Positions 12,582-23,451 of a stretch of 38,795 nucleotides of DNA are shown in pieces (position 1 is the stretch's first letter; each line of letters starts with the position of its first letter). This stretch comes from Octopus bimaculoides (Eukaryota): positions 112,400,575-112,439,369 of the forward strand of contig NC_068983.1 of NCBI RefSeq assembly GCF_001194135.2. The letters run 5' to 3'. The translations under genes and the position numbers were made by a program. The notes beneath the pieces are model-generated. The model did no database searches and was not told where the DNA came from. It was given only the letters and a program-made list of their open reading frames with translations.

Positions 12582-12793
12582 GTATGTGTGTGTATATGTT
12601 TGTGTGTTTGTCCCCCCAACATCGCTTGACAACCAATGCCGGTGTGCTTATGTCCCCCATAACTTAGTGGTTCAGTAAAAGAGACCGATAGAATAAGTAC
12701 TAGGCTTCCAAAGAATAAGTCCTTGACTAAAGGTGGTGCTCCAGCATGGCCGCTGTCAAATGACTGAAACAAGTAAAAAAGAGTAAAAGAGTA
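12371..12793 (+). mobile_element. tRNA-derived SINE family B (CORE-like domain, internal TA/TG microsatellite, AAGAGT-type tail)
   Basis: A/B-box-like head gtggctgggtggtaag...ggttcagtccca, CORE-like ggcaccttgggcaa; homologous to 13151-13453, 29640-29815 and 29906-30287. Confidence 0.85.
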
Positions 12794-12829
12794 TATACTT
12801 TCTATTATTGATATACATACATAATGCAT

Positions 12830-13075
12830 TAAGAAGGAAGAAACTGAAATGGTTCAGCTTTCTAATAAGAAGACCTTCCAATGATAGTAACAGATATTCT
12901 GCCAAAACTTCACAAACACCTGGGTGGGTCGCTGGTCCATTGCCAAATTATTCAGTTTTGTCAACTGAATGGACTGGAGCAACAACAAATGAAGTGCTTT
13001 GCATTAGAACATAACATGTTGCCTGCTCCAGGAAACGAAACCACAATCTTACAATCATGAGTCCAACACCCTTCA
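12830..13075 (-). mobile_element. Decayed SINE (head 2 / CORE-like), inverted
   Basis: ggactggagcaac...gaagtgctttgc resembles the reverse CORE-like block at 14200-14250. Confidence 0.55.
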
Positions 13076-13109
13076 TCCTAGATTAAGAATATATGAGAAT
13101 ATATATATA

Positions 13110-13150
<41 letters not shown>

Positions 13151-13152
<2 letters not shown>

Positions 13153-13453
13153 TCTTTTACTATTTTACTTGTTTCAGTCATTTGACTGCAGCCATGCTGG
13201 GGCACCACTTTTATTTGAGCAAATCGTCCCCAGGACTTATTCTTTGTAAGCCTAGTACTTATTCTATCGGTCTCTTTTTGCCGAACTGCTAAGTTACGGG
13301 CACATAAACACACCAGCATCAGTTGTCAAGTGAAGTTGAGGGGACAAACACAGACACACAAACATATACACACACATACATATGTATCTATACATATATA
13401 CGACAGGATTCTTTCAGTTTCCATCTATCAAATCCACTCACAAGGCTTTGGTC
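13151..13453 (-). mobile_element. SINE family B, inverted, running into an assembly gap
   Basis: Reverse complement of 12480-12790. Confidence 0.85.
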
Positions 13454-13574
13454 NNNNNNNNNNNNNNNNNNNNNNNNNNNNNNNNNNNNNNNNNNNNNNN
13501 NNNNNNNNNNNNNNNNNNNNNNNNNNNNNNNNNNNNNNNNNNNNNNNNNNNNNNNNNNNNNNNNNNNNNNNNNN
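13454..13574. other. Assembly gap (about 120 N), followed by (TA)n/(TATG)n
   Basis: N run in the sequence. Confidence 0.98.
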
Positions 13575-13609
<35 letters not shown>

Positions 13610-14009
13610 ATATGTATGCATGTATGTATGTATGTATGTATGTATGCAAGTATGTATGTATGTATTTAAATTTTAAATGCCATATGTGGGTGCTTTTATG
13701 TGATACCAGCACAGGTATATTTTACATAGCACCAGCACCAGTGGGGTTGCCAAGTAGCTTGCAAGACAGAGACCTCTCAGTTGAGAGAGGAGGTAGACCC
13801 AAAGGAAATGGCTGTGTGCTTGGCAAAAGGTTAGAATATAATTGAAGGAAAGAAATAGTTCTCTTATTATGGAGGAGATATTTGGCTACCTGAGTCGGAC
13901 AAGGAGGGAGGGAAAGGTGAGAGAGGGTTAAAGAGAAAGACAGAGAGAGAGAGAGAGAGAAATAGATGGTGTTGGAGATTTATCAGGGCCTATAAATGAA
14001 GAAGAGACA

Positions 14010-14326
14010 CTCTGTTGGTTACGATGACGAAGGTCCCAGCTGATACAATCAACAGAACAGCTTGTTTATGAAATTAACATGTAAGTGGCTGAGCACCCCA
14101 CAGACACATGTACGCTTAACATAGTTTGCGGGGAGATTCTGCATGACACATTGTGACAAGGCTAGCCCTTTGAAATACAGGTACTACTCCTTTTTGCCAG
14201 CTGAGTGGACTGGAGCAATGTGAAATAAAGTGTCTTGCTCAAGGACACAATGCGTTGCTGCGACTTGAACTTACGACCTTACGATAGTGAGCCAAATGCC
14301 CTAACCACTAAGCCATGTGCCTTCAC
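14010..14326 (-). mobile_element. SINE: head 2 + CORE-like domain + family-A tail
   Basis: Minus strand gaaggcacatggcttagtggttaggg...gtgtccttgagcaagacac, then cctgtatttcaaagggctagccttgtcaca, shared with 25525 onward. Confidence 0.8.
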
Positions 14327-14409
14327 GCCTATAAATACACACATACACATATGTATGTATATGTGAGTGTGTGTGTGTGTGTGTGTGTGTTTATATATAT
14401 ATATATTAT

Positions 14410-16240
14410 CCAGTACTGGAAGTCCCTATCCTATGTCATCCTTTCAATGTCTTCCATGAACACTTGTAAACACTTAACGCCATTCCCACCCCTACTTAGG
14501 GTTTATATCCTATGTAAGGTAGTGATCATATACTGCATAAAAATGATGGTGTAGTGTATGCAGGTCGAAGGCTATTGTTAGTTTATGAATTCTGCCAAAT
14601 GCAAGCTTTCTTTTCCAGTACATGACGCTGCTGTCCCCCATCCCAGGGTCTCACGGACCCACACTTCCCACACACTCAGAGTTGGCACACTCAACATGGG
14701 CACACTGAAAGGTAAGTCTGGTGAGATTATTGGGATGCTTGAATGGAGACATGTAGATTTGTGCTGCCTCCAAGAAGTAAGGTGGAAAGGAGGTTCCATT
14801 AGCGTCCTCTCAGGTACAAGATTTTCTGGGCAGGAAACAGTGACGAGATCGGGGGCATGGGTATATTTGTTGCGGAGAAATGGGTTGATAAGTTAATCGA
14901 GGTAGTCAGAGTATGCGATAGAATACCTAAGATGTATCCAGTGCAAGCTATGGACACATAAAAGGTGCAGCAATATCAAAGGGAGACTAACTGGGAAAAT
15001 AGTCTTTGTGTGTGACAAATGCTCAGGTGCTATAAACACTGAAAATGTACAGAGAACAGCTTCTGTCACATTCCAAGGAGAAAAAAACTAGAAGTAGTTG
15101 ATAGCCTCCATTACCTAGGGGACCAAGTCAGTAGCAGGGGTGGAAGCGCTGAAAGTGTAGCTGCTAGAATAAGAATAACCTGGGTAAAGTTCAGAGAGCT
15201 CCTACCTCTGCTGCTGAAAAAGAGCCTCTCGCTCAGAGTAAAATGTAGACTGTGACGCATGTGTATGAACAGCCATGCTACATGGCAGTGAAACACGCAC
15301 TGTGACTGCTGAAGACATGCGTAAGCTTGCAAGGAAGGAAGCCAGTATGCTCCGCTGGATGTGTAATGTCAGTGTGCATACTCGACAGAGTGTAAGCGCC
15401 CTGAGAGAAAAGTTGGATTTAAGAAGCATCAGATGTGATGTGCAAAAGAGACGACTGCACTGGTATCATCATGTGTTGCGAAGGAATGAGGACAGCTGTA
15501 TGAAAAAGTGTCACACCCTAGCAGTTGAGGGAACCTGTGGAAGAGGTAGACCCAGGAAAACCTGGGATGAGGTGGTATAGCATGACCTTCGAACATTGGG
15601 CCTTACTGAGGCAATGACAAGTGACCAAGGCCTTTGGAGATATGCTGTGCTTGAGAAGACTCGACAAGTCAAGTGTAACCAGCCCACTTATGGTGAAATC
15701 AAAATTAGAATTGCTGACGTGGCTGATGACAGTACCGCCTGATTGGCACTCGTGCTAGTGGAATGTTAAAAGCACATCCAAACGTGGGCTGTCGCCAGCC
15801 CACTTACGATTACTCCTCATTCATTGGACAATGAACTTTGCGTGTGAAGACCTATTGAGGCAAGTGTAAAGAAATCAAAATCACTGACATGGCTGATGAC
15901 AGTACTGCCTGGTTGGCACTCGTGCCAGTGTAATGTTAAAAGCACATCCGAGTGTGATCGTTGCCAGGGCCATGGATTGGCACCTGTGCTGGTGACATGT
16001 GAAAAGCACCATTCAAGTGTGATTGTTGCCAGCATTGCCTTTCCGGCACATGCTCCGGTGGCACGTGAAAAACAACATTTGAGCGTGGTCATTGCCAGTG
16101 CTGCCAGACTGGCTCCCATGCAGGTAGCACAAAGAAACACCTTTTGAGCATGGTCGTTGTCAGAAACTTCTGACTGGCCTCTGTGCCGGTGGCACGTAAA
16201 AGCACCCACTACACTCTCAGAGTGGCTGACATTAGGAAGT
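14410..16240 (+). mobile_element. RTE-clade LINE, internally deleted (5' UTR, APE N-terminus, zinc-finger/thumb/C-terminus, repeat-rich 3' UTR)
   Basis: RVGTLNMGTL...LCCLQEVRW endonuclease start (14678), then a jump near 14930 to CxQCKLWTHKRC...YLGD...RRLHWYHHV...GRGRPRKTW. Confidence 0.9.
15890..16206 (+). repeat. About five degenerate 65-bp tandem units in the RTE 3' UTR
   Basis: Units begin near 15891, 15959, 16024, 16090, 16155; consensus-like ttgccagt..actggc..gtgccggtggcacgtaaaagcac. Confidence 0.85.
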
Positions 16241-16715
16241 TGGTTATGGACATCTCAAAAGCAAGGGGGTCGAAGCTGGTCTACTTCAGATTTGACTTTA
16301 GTTAATCTTTGTAGTGTCAAATAATGGCTCCTCTTTGTCTTTTCCTGATTGCCAGCCCATCAACCAGCCCATCGAAAGTGATATTTGATGATTAGGGATT
16401 TAAGGTTGTGGATACTTGTTCTTTCCATCACAGAGGTATTTGAGACATAGTCAAACCACTTGATGTTGAAGAGAGAGTGAAGTTTCAGTTGATGAAAGTG
16501 TACAAGTGTTTTGATATTGCCATGATACAACGTTCAAGTTTCACAAAGATATAGGAGCATAGATATAACCCCAGCTTGGTAGACCATAATCTTCGTCTTC
16601 AAAGTTATGTCTCTGTTTTTGAATACAAGTTTTATTAGTTTACCAATAGCTCTGTAAACTGATTCAGTTCATCATTCCACATCTTGCTCAGAGTTGCATT
16701 TCATGGAGAGCACCC
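16240..16715 (-). mobile_element. Second RTE (BovB-like) LINE 3' ORF fragment, decayed
   Basis: Minus-strand peptide YLGRVLS...ITLKTKIMVYQAGVISMLLYLCET...FNIKWFDYVSNTSVMERT...FRWAG. Confidence 0.8.
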
Positions 16716-17199
16716 TTCCAAGGTAAGAGGAAGAGCAGGAGGGGTTGAAAGAAAGGAAGGATGGGAGGAAGAAGAAGAGGAGGTTGATAATGAGGACGTG
16801 GGTGGTGATGATGATATATCATTATCCATGAAGAAAATATGTTTAAGAGTTTAAAATATGTTGCAGTAAACATTAATTAACATAAAGCCATACAATTAGT
16901 ATGGCTCTATAAGACAAAGAAACAAAAATTTATGTTTTAGGTGTCACTTGAAATGAATTTTCCACCACTTAATGTCATTGAAGCATTGCTGAAGGCTATG
17001 TCTTTACATCGTGACTCAAGAGCAATTCTGTCTGAGAGAACCTAAACATTTCCAGGCAATACTTTACAACTAGATATTGTTGTTATGCAGAAGTGATGCC
17101 AAATTTCCCAACTAGATATCATACTAGTGTTGCAGATGTGCCTTGTTGAGAGTTTATAATTATTCTGCAGAAATTATGTTGAGATTTGCTTTCCAGCAA

Positions 17200-17617
17200 A
17201 TGATGGACTCTCCCATCGAAGACAACATATGAGTGTTCAGCTTTTTTGCCAAACACAAATTATCTGTTTATAGTGATCACACATATGTGCTGTACATTAG
17301 CTCACTTTCTATTAACCCTTTAGTGCTCAGATTAATCTGTCAAAATGTAATGCTTATTTGTCCACATTATTTTGAATTATTCAGGTTCAAGAGAGCTGTC
17401 CACAATATTTGCTTGTAACTTTATTAATTTTTCCATACTAATTTGAACTTTTGTCTGAGATGTGCACAGCCTGCCATGTGTCAGGTGCTGAAGTGATCAC
17501 AGACTAATGTGAGATGAAGTGTTTTGCTTAAGGAGACAATACAACACCCAATCTAGGAATTGAAACTATGATCTCACAATAGTAAGTTCAATACCCAAAC
17601 CACTAGATCATGCATCC
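17200..17617 (-). mobile_element. SINE family D (head 2/CORE-like + D tail), interrupted by a TTAA-MITE fragment near 17310-17375
   Basis: Reverse match to 31014-31317 (tgatggactctccc, acattagctcac, gagatgaagtgttttgct). Confidence 0.7.
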
Positions 17618-17724
17618 AGGAAATACAAATGTTTTATCTAATATTTTGGAAACTAACCTCAAGAACAATTTATTATGGAAACCTTGTTATGGCTTTCATC
17701 TTCCATATCGATGTTCATCAATAC

Positions 17725-17850
17725 AATAGCTTATGTCTATGTGAAGCACTCTTACTGATGATCCCAAATAGCTTATGTATATGTGAGACACTTTTATTGA
17801 TGGTCCCAAATAGCTTATGTATGCGTAAGGCACTCTTATTGATGGTCCCA
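17725..17850. repeat. 42-bp minisatellite x3
   Basis: Units 17725-17766, 17767-17808, 17809-17850; consensus aatagcttatgtatatgtgaagcactcttattgatggtccca. Confidence 0.95.
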
Positions 17851-18959
17851 AAAATTATACATTTGTATTTTTAATTATTTAAATTCTTCCTCTTAGGAAG
17901 GAGCTGGTATCTAACAAAAAATAAAACATACCATCTTTGGAATGTATGTAACAAAAACAATATCTCATTTTAAACATGAGAAAGGTCTTGCAGATTTTTA
18001 CTATTCCACTTACAGATTGTATTTGTAATATTTGAGTTAGTTGGTTGATTTCTTTTTCTGAAAACCCTAACTTATCCAGATTGTCTGTTAGACATTTACT
18101 CTCAAAACCAAATGCACAAATTATTATTGGTATGAATGTGAATTTATAATCTGGATACATCAAGAGGTTTCGAAGCAATTGTCCATAATTGTCTTCTTTC
18201 TCTTTGATTTTCAAATAGATATTCACATCAGCAGGATAGCTGACCTCTATGACAATACATACTTTATATACTTTTTTCTTGTCTGTCCCATACAACAAAA
18301 TCCATTCTCTAATGCTTACATTTGACAGATGTTTTGATATGAAATGTTCTACCAGTATTCTGTGTGTATTAATGTTTATGTATGTATTCAATAACAGGGG
18401 GATTCTCTATATTTATTCCAGGACAGCATTTTTTTTTTTAATGGCTTTGTATATTGTTTTTGCATCAGTTTCATGTTACATAGGGAGATAGTATCTTGAT
18501 AACATTTTTGAGCAGCTACTTATCACATGTATAATGTCTTCACAGAAGTATGACATAATCTACATTTTCAGATGCATTTGGCACTCGAGGGCTTCCCTAT
18601 CACATTTTTATTAGCATCTAGTGGCAATCTGTTCTTAGATTGAAAATACATTGTCTTTGAAGTGTGATGTGATGTAACAGCCACAAGTCCAAGAGAGGTT
18701 TTGCTTCATATCAATATTACTGCATTCTTCAAGCCTTCAGGAAATATACTCAAGCATAGTCTAGTTTTGGTAAGCTCAGCATTTCACTTTCAGGTCTTTT
18801 ATGAGGTATATTAGTCCAGCTGTTGCATGGGAGGTCATGAGGAAGAGAGTCCTTCCTGAGGAGCTCACTTCCGACAGATACCATATTGTTTTCTTCACTT
18901 TTCAGCACTAAGTTAATGTATTTACTTTTAGTGCTGTTGTTTAGCAAGTGTTGACTGAG

Positions 18960-19332
18960 TTGTTGTTGGCACTCCGTCGCTTACGACATCAAGGGTTCCA
19001 GTTGATCCGATCAACAGAACAGCCTGCTCGTGAAATTAACGTGCAAGTGGCTGAGCACTCCACAGACACGTGTACCCTTAACGTAGTTCTTGGGGACACA
19101 GTGTAACAAGGCTGACCCTTTGAATTACAGGCACAACAGAAACAGGAAGTAAGAGTGAAAGAAAGTTGTAGTGAAAGAGTACAGCAGGGTTCCCCACAAT
19201 CCCCTGGCGGAGCCTCATGGAGCTTTAGGTGTTTTCACTCAATAAACACTCACAATGCCTGGTCTGGGAATCAAAACCACGATCCTATAACCGTGAGTCC
19301 ACTGCCCTAACCACTGGGCCATTGCGCCTCCA
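18960..19332 (-). mobile_element. tRNA-derived SINE family A, full length, TSD ttgactgag/ttgtctgag
   Basis: Reverse complement of 25322-25710; TSD at 18951-18959 and 19333-19341. Confidence 0.92.
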
Positions 19333-20470
19333 TTGTCTGAGAGGGGCTATATAAAATTCAAAGGTTCTCTGCTCTGATCTCAAGCCTCTAGCTCCTTCAT
19401 TTCTATTTAGGTAGAGCCTATTGATATTACTATTTTTGTGGAGATTTCCAATTGATGTCAGTACTTTGCAGGATTAACGTCTAGGGAATCAGTACTGGTA
19501 CTGCAAATGCATTGTGGTATATTGTCTTCAGAGTTCCAACTGCCATATTTTCCTCACTTTGGCATAATATTCTCGGGTCACTCTTTCTTTATTCACAGTA
19601 CCTTCTTATGATACGTCTTCATCAATGCTGACATACATGTAGCAATCTTTCTGTGGAACAAGAGAGATAATGCGACCATTGATGCACAGGTTTTGAGTCT
19701 GGGGACTGATTTTTCCCATTCAACAATCAAATATGAACATTTCTTTTGATCAAATTCCATTTATATCTCAGCTGAAAATGTTGTTATTAATTCCAGCTGA
19801 TTTTTAGCCTTGTTAATATTTTCTGCATAAATCATGTAATCATCTACAAAGAAATTATGGGTTACATAAATATCTCTAGCAGTTGCAGACCCTAGCATGT
19901 AGCCTTTTGATTTTTGTAGCAGAAATGATAATAGATTTAATTCTAAAATGAACAGAATTACAAAGAGAGACTATCTCCTTGGAACATTCCTTTCGAAATA
20001 TTTATAATATTGGAGACACTTGTTCTGCCCTCAGTTCTAAGTGTAAGAATTTTTGCCCAGGTCATTGTAAATTTCTCACAGGCCTCAATTTAGGCAGCAG
20101 GCCAAATGTTGGCACTTCCGCATTCATGAGGGAGAAATAGAGTTGAATGCCTTTGTAAATCAGGCTATACTGTTACAAGGCTTCTACAGTGTTTTTCACT
20201 TCAGACAATATAGTTTTGTTTATCAAAAGTTGCACACCCACACTCTCTCCTTTCCTCCTGCCTGCTCATCAGTAACTGTGTTATTGGACTAGGGATGATC
20301 TTGGATAAATTAGTCGAGGCAGTTTGTGTACAGTTTGTACATAGTGTTTAGGTAAGCAAGAGGCTGATAGTTTTCTTCCAATTAGATTCCACTCTTGGCT
20401 ACAAGATTTGTCTGTGTTATACCAAGACAATTTAGTCTGTCAATCTGACCTACCTCAGTGCTTTTGAATA

Positions 20471-21518
20471 TATTGGGTCATCCCATAGATAATGCGTTTC
20501 TTTTATATTCTTCTTTTATTTTTCAAAATTAAGATAAACAAAGTTCTTTTTTAATCTAAAATTTACTCTCCCTCATTTTTTACAATGTTTTTCCATCTAT
20601 CTGGTAGACTTGCAAGGCCCCTCTTTCAAACTTCACTTGTCTATGATGAAAAATACTCCTCCAGTACTGTTCTGAACTCGTCTACAGAATTCATATTTTC
20701 TCTGTCCAAATGATTTTGAAGACTGAAATTAATGATAATCAGATGGGGCAATGTCCAGAGAATATGGTGGGTGGGGCATCATTTCCCATTGAATCTGCTC
20801 CAGCCTTTGAAATGTCATCCTCGCTGCATGTGGCTGAGCATTATCCTGATGGAAGAACACCTTTCATCTTGAAACCAAAGATAGTCGTTTTTCTTCTAGC
20901 ACTCAAGCTGCTCACAGTAAATCGCCTTTGTTATCATTTGGTTTGGGTTTAAAAGTAAAAAAAAAAGCTTCATTTGCGAGACATGGCAGCAAAGAAGAGC
21001 ACACATTCACTCTCTGCACACAATTAGACTCGGAAAGGTGTCAATGAATATTTGAATGACCAAATCCAAGATTTTCTGCTAGTTCCTCAACAGTTACAAT
21101 GGGATTTTGTTCCACTTGGGTTTGCAGGATGTCCTCATTGAGCTCTACAGATCTTCCAGGATGAGACTCATCTTCTAGGCTGTAGTTTCTGGAACTACCG
21201 TTGACACTGGCTTACGCTTATTGTCTGATCCCCATATACTGCATTAATATTCCTTGCACTTTCTATTGCTTTGTTGCCTTTATTGAATTTATAAAGCAAA
21301 ATATGCCAAATATGCTCCTTTGTCACTTCCATAATAGCTTTGAAAAAATAACTGTTAAAATCGAACTGCACTCTTCAAAACTTGCACTAAGAATAAGGAC
21401 AAGGTAAAATTACTACCTACTTTTATAACAAGTTGATGCAGGTAGTTTATCCCGTCCCCCAGCAACTTTTAATTCAGGCAATTGAAAAAAACTGCATTAT
21501 TTATGGGATGACCCAATA
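20471..21518 (-). mobile_element. Mariner transposon (second family), internally deleted, with near-perfect TIRs
   Basis: TIRs tattgggtcatcccatagataatgc (20471) and gcattatttatgggatgacccaata (to 21518), TA ends; peptides MEVTKEHIWHILLY, HQDNAQPH, HPPYSLDIAPSDYH, SLPDRWKNIV. Confidence 0.92.
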
Positions 21519-21579
21519 CATATTAATATCTCTCTTCCAGTTGCCATCCCATTATGCAGTTTGCCTACAGCTACAGATA

Positions 21580-21660
21580 CATACATACATACATGCATGT
21601 ATGTATGTACCTATCTATCTATCTACATATATATATATATATATATATATCTGTATATAC

Positions 21661-21699
<39 letters not shown>

Positions 21700-21700
21700 A
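21580..21700. repeat. (TACA)n-(TA)n-(TG)n compound microsatellite
   Basis: Read directly. Confidence 0.95.
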
Positions 21701-21947
21701 GAATGAGTGTTTGTGTATCTCATACAAGAAAAGAATCTGTTTGTTAATGTCCATTTTAACACACACACAGAAATACGTACACAAAGATCAAAAACATACA
21801 CACATACAATTGTATGCAGAAGAAAAAATATCTAAATATATTAAATATCTTATGATATTTTTTTTAAATCCCTCTATTCTATACACTGTTCAGTTGAGGA
21901 GTCTTACGTAGCAGGTACTTGACAACCTCACCAGTGCTAGTGCCACA

Positions 21948-23080
21948 TAAGTGGGCTGGAAAAAAAAGTTCTTAGGCTGGCCAAGATGCTCTCATGGAAT
22001 CTGACCAACTGAGGTTTATTTTTCAAAATAGCTCACACACTTTTTCCATCAGTGCTACTATGCTTGGATCCCATTGGTGAAGAAGCTTTCATCCTGTTAG
22101 TCAAAAACGTCATCAACAGCAGAAATGACATCATCATCACTGCAATACTGGATCCCAGCCAAGGGTTTCTTCATATTGAGAAACAAATGATGATCAGATC
22201 AGGAGAATAGGGAGGGTGGTCAGCCAGTTCAAAGGTACAGTCATGCACAGCAAGGACTTGTGTACTGAAGTATTGTCATGATGAAACAAGACTCTTTTTG
22301 TTAATTTTCTTGAGGTCATCCCATTCCCTGCTGATGAAACAACCTTGGCCTTCTTTGGAGCCGATGAGGAGGCGTGTTTCCACTGCATGGAGTGTATTTG
22401 TCCTCTGATTAAAAGTGATGAACTGAATACTCATTCTGGGTTCAGAAACATTCAATGAAACCAGCTGATCTGCCCCAAGCAATGTCAGATTTTCCCCATG
22501 ATGAAATCAGGCTAGTGCACTTTTGATTAGGTATCACAAGATGTAGCATTCAGTGAGCAGAAACCTTCGTCGTGCCAAGTTCATTGTGCAGAATATTCTC
22601 AACTTTCTCATGGGATATGCTAATAGCATTGGCTATTTGATTTATAGTTCATTGCCTGTTATCCGTTCACCGTATGGGAAGCATGATCAATATGTTCCTC
22701 AATGGCAGCAATTTTAGAATGTCTAGACCTTGGTTCATCGTCAAGACTCTCCCTTCCCCTCTTTAATTCAGCTGTCTCCTTCTGCATCATTGATAAAGTT
22801 GGATTGTCATTCCCTACTGTAGCAACCATGAATTTTGTTTGGGTCTAAATCCATTTTCTACAGGTATTTGATAAAGCCATGATGCTAAATGTTGTCTATT
22901 TTCAAGAGAAATCACTACTAGTTGCTTTTAGAGTCTTGTTTGAACTGTCCGATGTCAGTCCACCTGGAAAGAAACAATGTAGTTATTAATAAAAAGGGCT
23001 AAAATTAATGCAAACAAGACTTCACAGCTCTAGCATCACTCTTTCATAGTCAGTTATGAACTCTTAAGCCCACCCTTGTA
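21948..23080 (-). mobile_element. Mariner, same family as 10723-11955, inverted; inserted at a TA within an RTE-tail-type repeat (about 21920-23255)
   Basis: MQWKHASSSAPKKAKVVSSAG, HHDN, homologous 5' UTR. The flanks rejoin as ccagtgctagtgccacaTAaaaagcacc. Confidence 0.9.
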
Positions 23081-23367
23081 AAAAGCACCTTGTATTTTCT
23101 GTTAAGCAGTTGTCATTCAGCTCTAGAAGCCATGCCAAAGTACACATAGAATCTAGTGCATCCCTCTGGGTCATCTGAACTTGTCAAACCACCCAATCCA
23201 TGCCAGCATAGAAAATGGGAAGTTTAATGATGACAATGATGACAATTGTGATGATTAAAATATATACATTAATTCATCCCATATACTAATAGAGATCCCT
23301 TGCCTTCACATGCCATAAAACAAACATTCACATATAAAAATAAATGATGCTTTTAATAGTTCCTTAC

Positions 23368-23451
23368 CAATTTTAGATGGCTCATTAATTTAGGCCGGCT
23401 TTTCATATCAGAATGTTTAATTTTCAAGTCTTTTACGTAGATCATGTCTCC
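23368..23451 (-). CDS. Upstream coding exon (84 nt, phase 0/0) of the same receptor guanylyl cyclase: GDMIYVKDLKIKHSDMKSRPKLMSHLKL
   Basis: Minus strand reads tattttctccacttttccag|GGAGACATG...CTAAAATTG|gtaagg, with strong splice sites and 28 open codons. GDxxxVK matches the KHD beta3 strand, and the exon joins in frame to LRELRHEN. Confidence 0.82.

Larger units (their letters stand above)
17880..21560 (-). mobile_element. RLE-type (restriction-like endonuclease) non-LTR retrotransposon, decayed; RT + CCHC + RLE; interrupted by a SINE and a mariner
   Basis: Minus-strand fragments NYQPLAYLNTMYKL, FQGDSLS, THNFFVDD, KCRLCHTSV, IEVSYPADVN...EKEDNYGQL, KICKTFL. Confidence 0.88.
9207..23367 (-). 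other. 14,161-bp GT-AG intron between the two guanylyl cyclase exons
   Basis: Donor gtaagg at 23367, acceptor ttttgaag ending at 9207. The spliced peptide is continuous with no missing KHD segment. Confidence 0.75.

Noticed and set aside
15721-15900. CTGATGA motifs in RTE tail units as hammerhead ribozymes (also 17755, 22331, 27395, 28818)
   Set aside because: No stem II followed by GAAA; they are variants of the repeat unit or chance matches.
15890-17850. 65-bp and 42-bp arrays as CRISPR-like loci
   Set aside because: Contiguous degenerate tandem units with no unique spacers, no cas genes, eukaryotic context.
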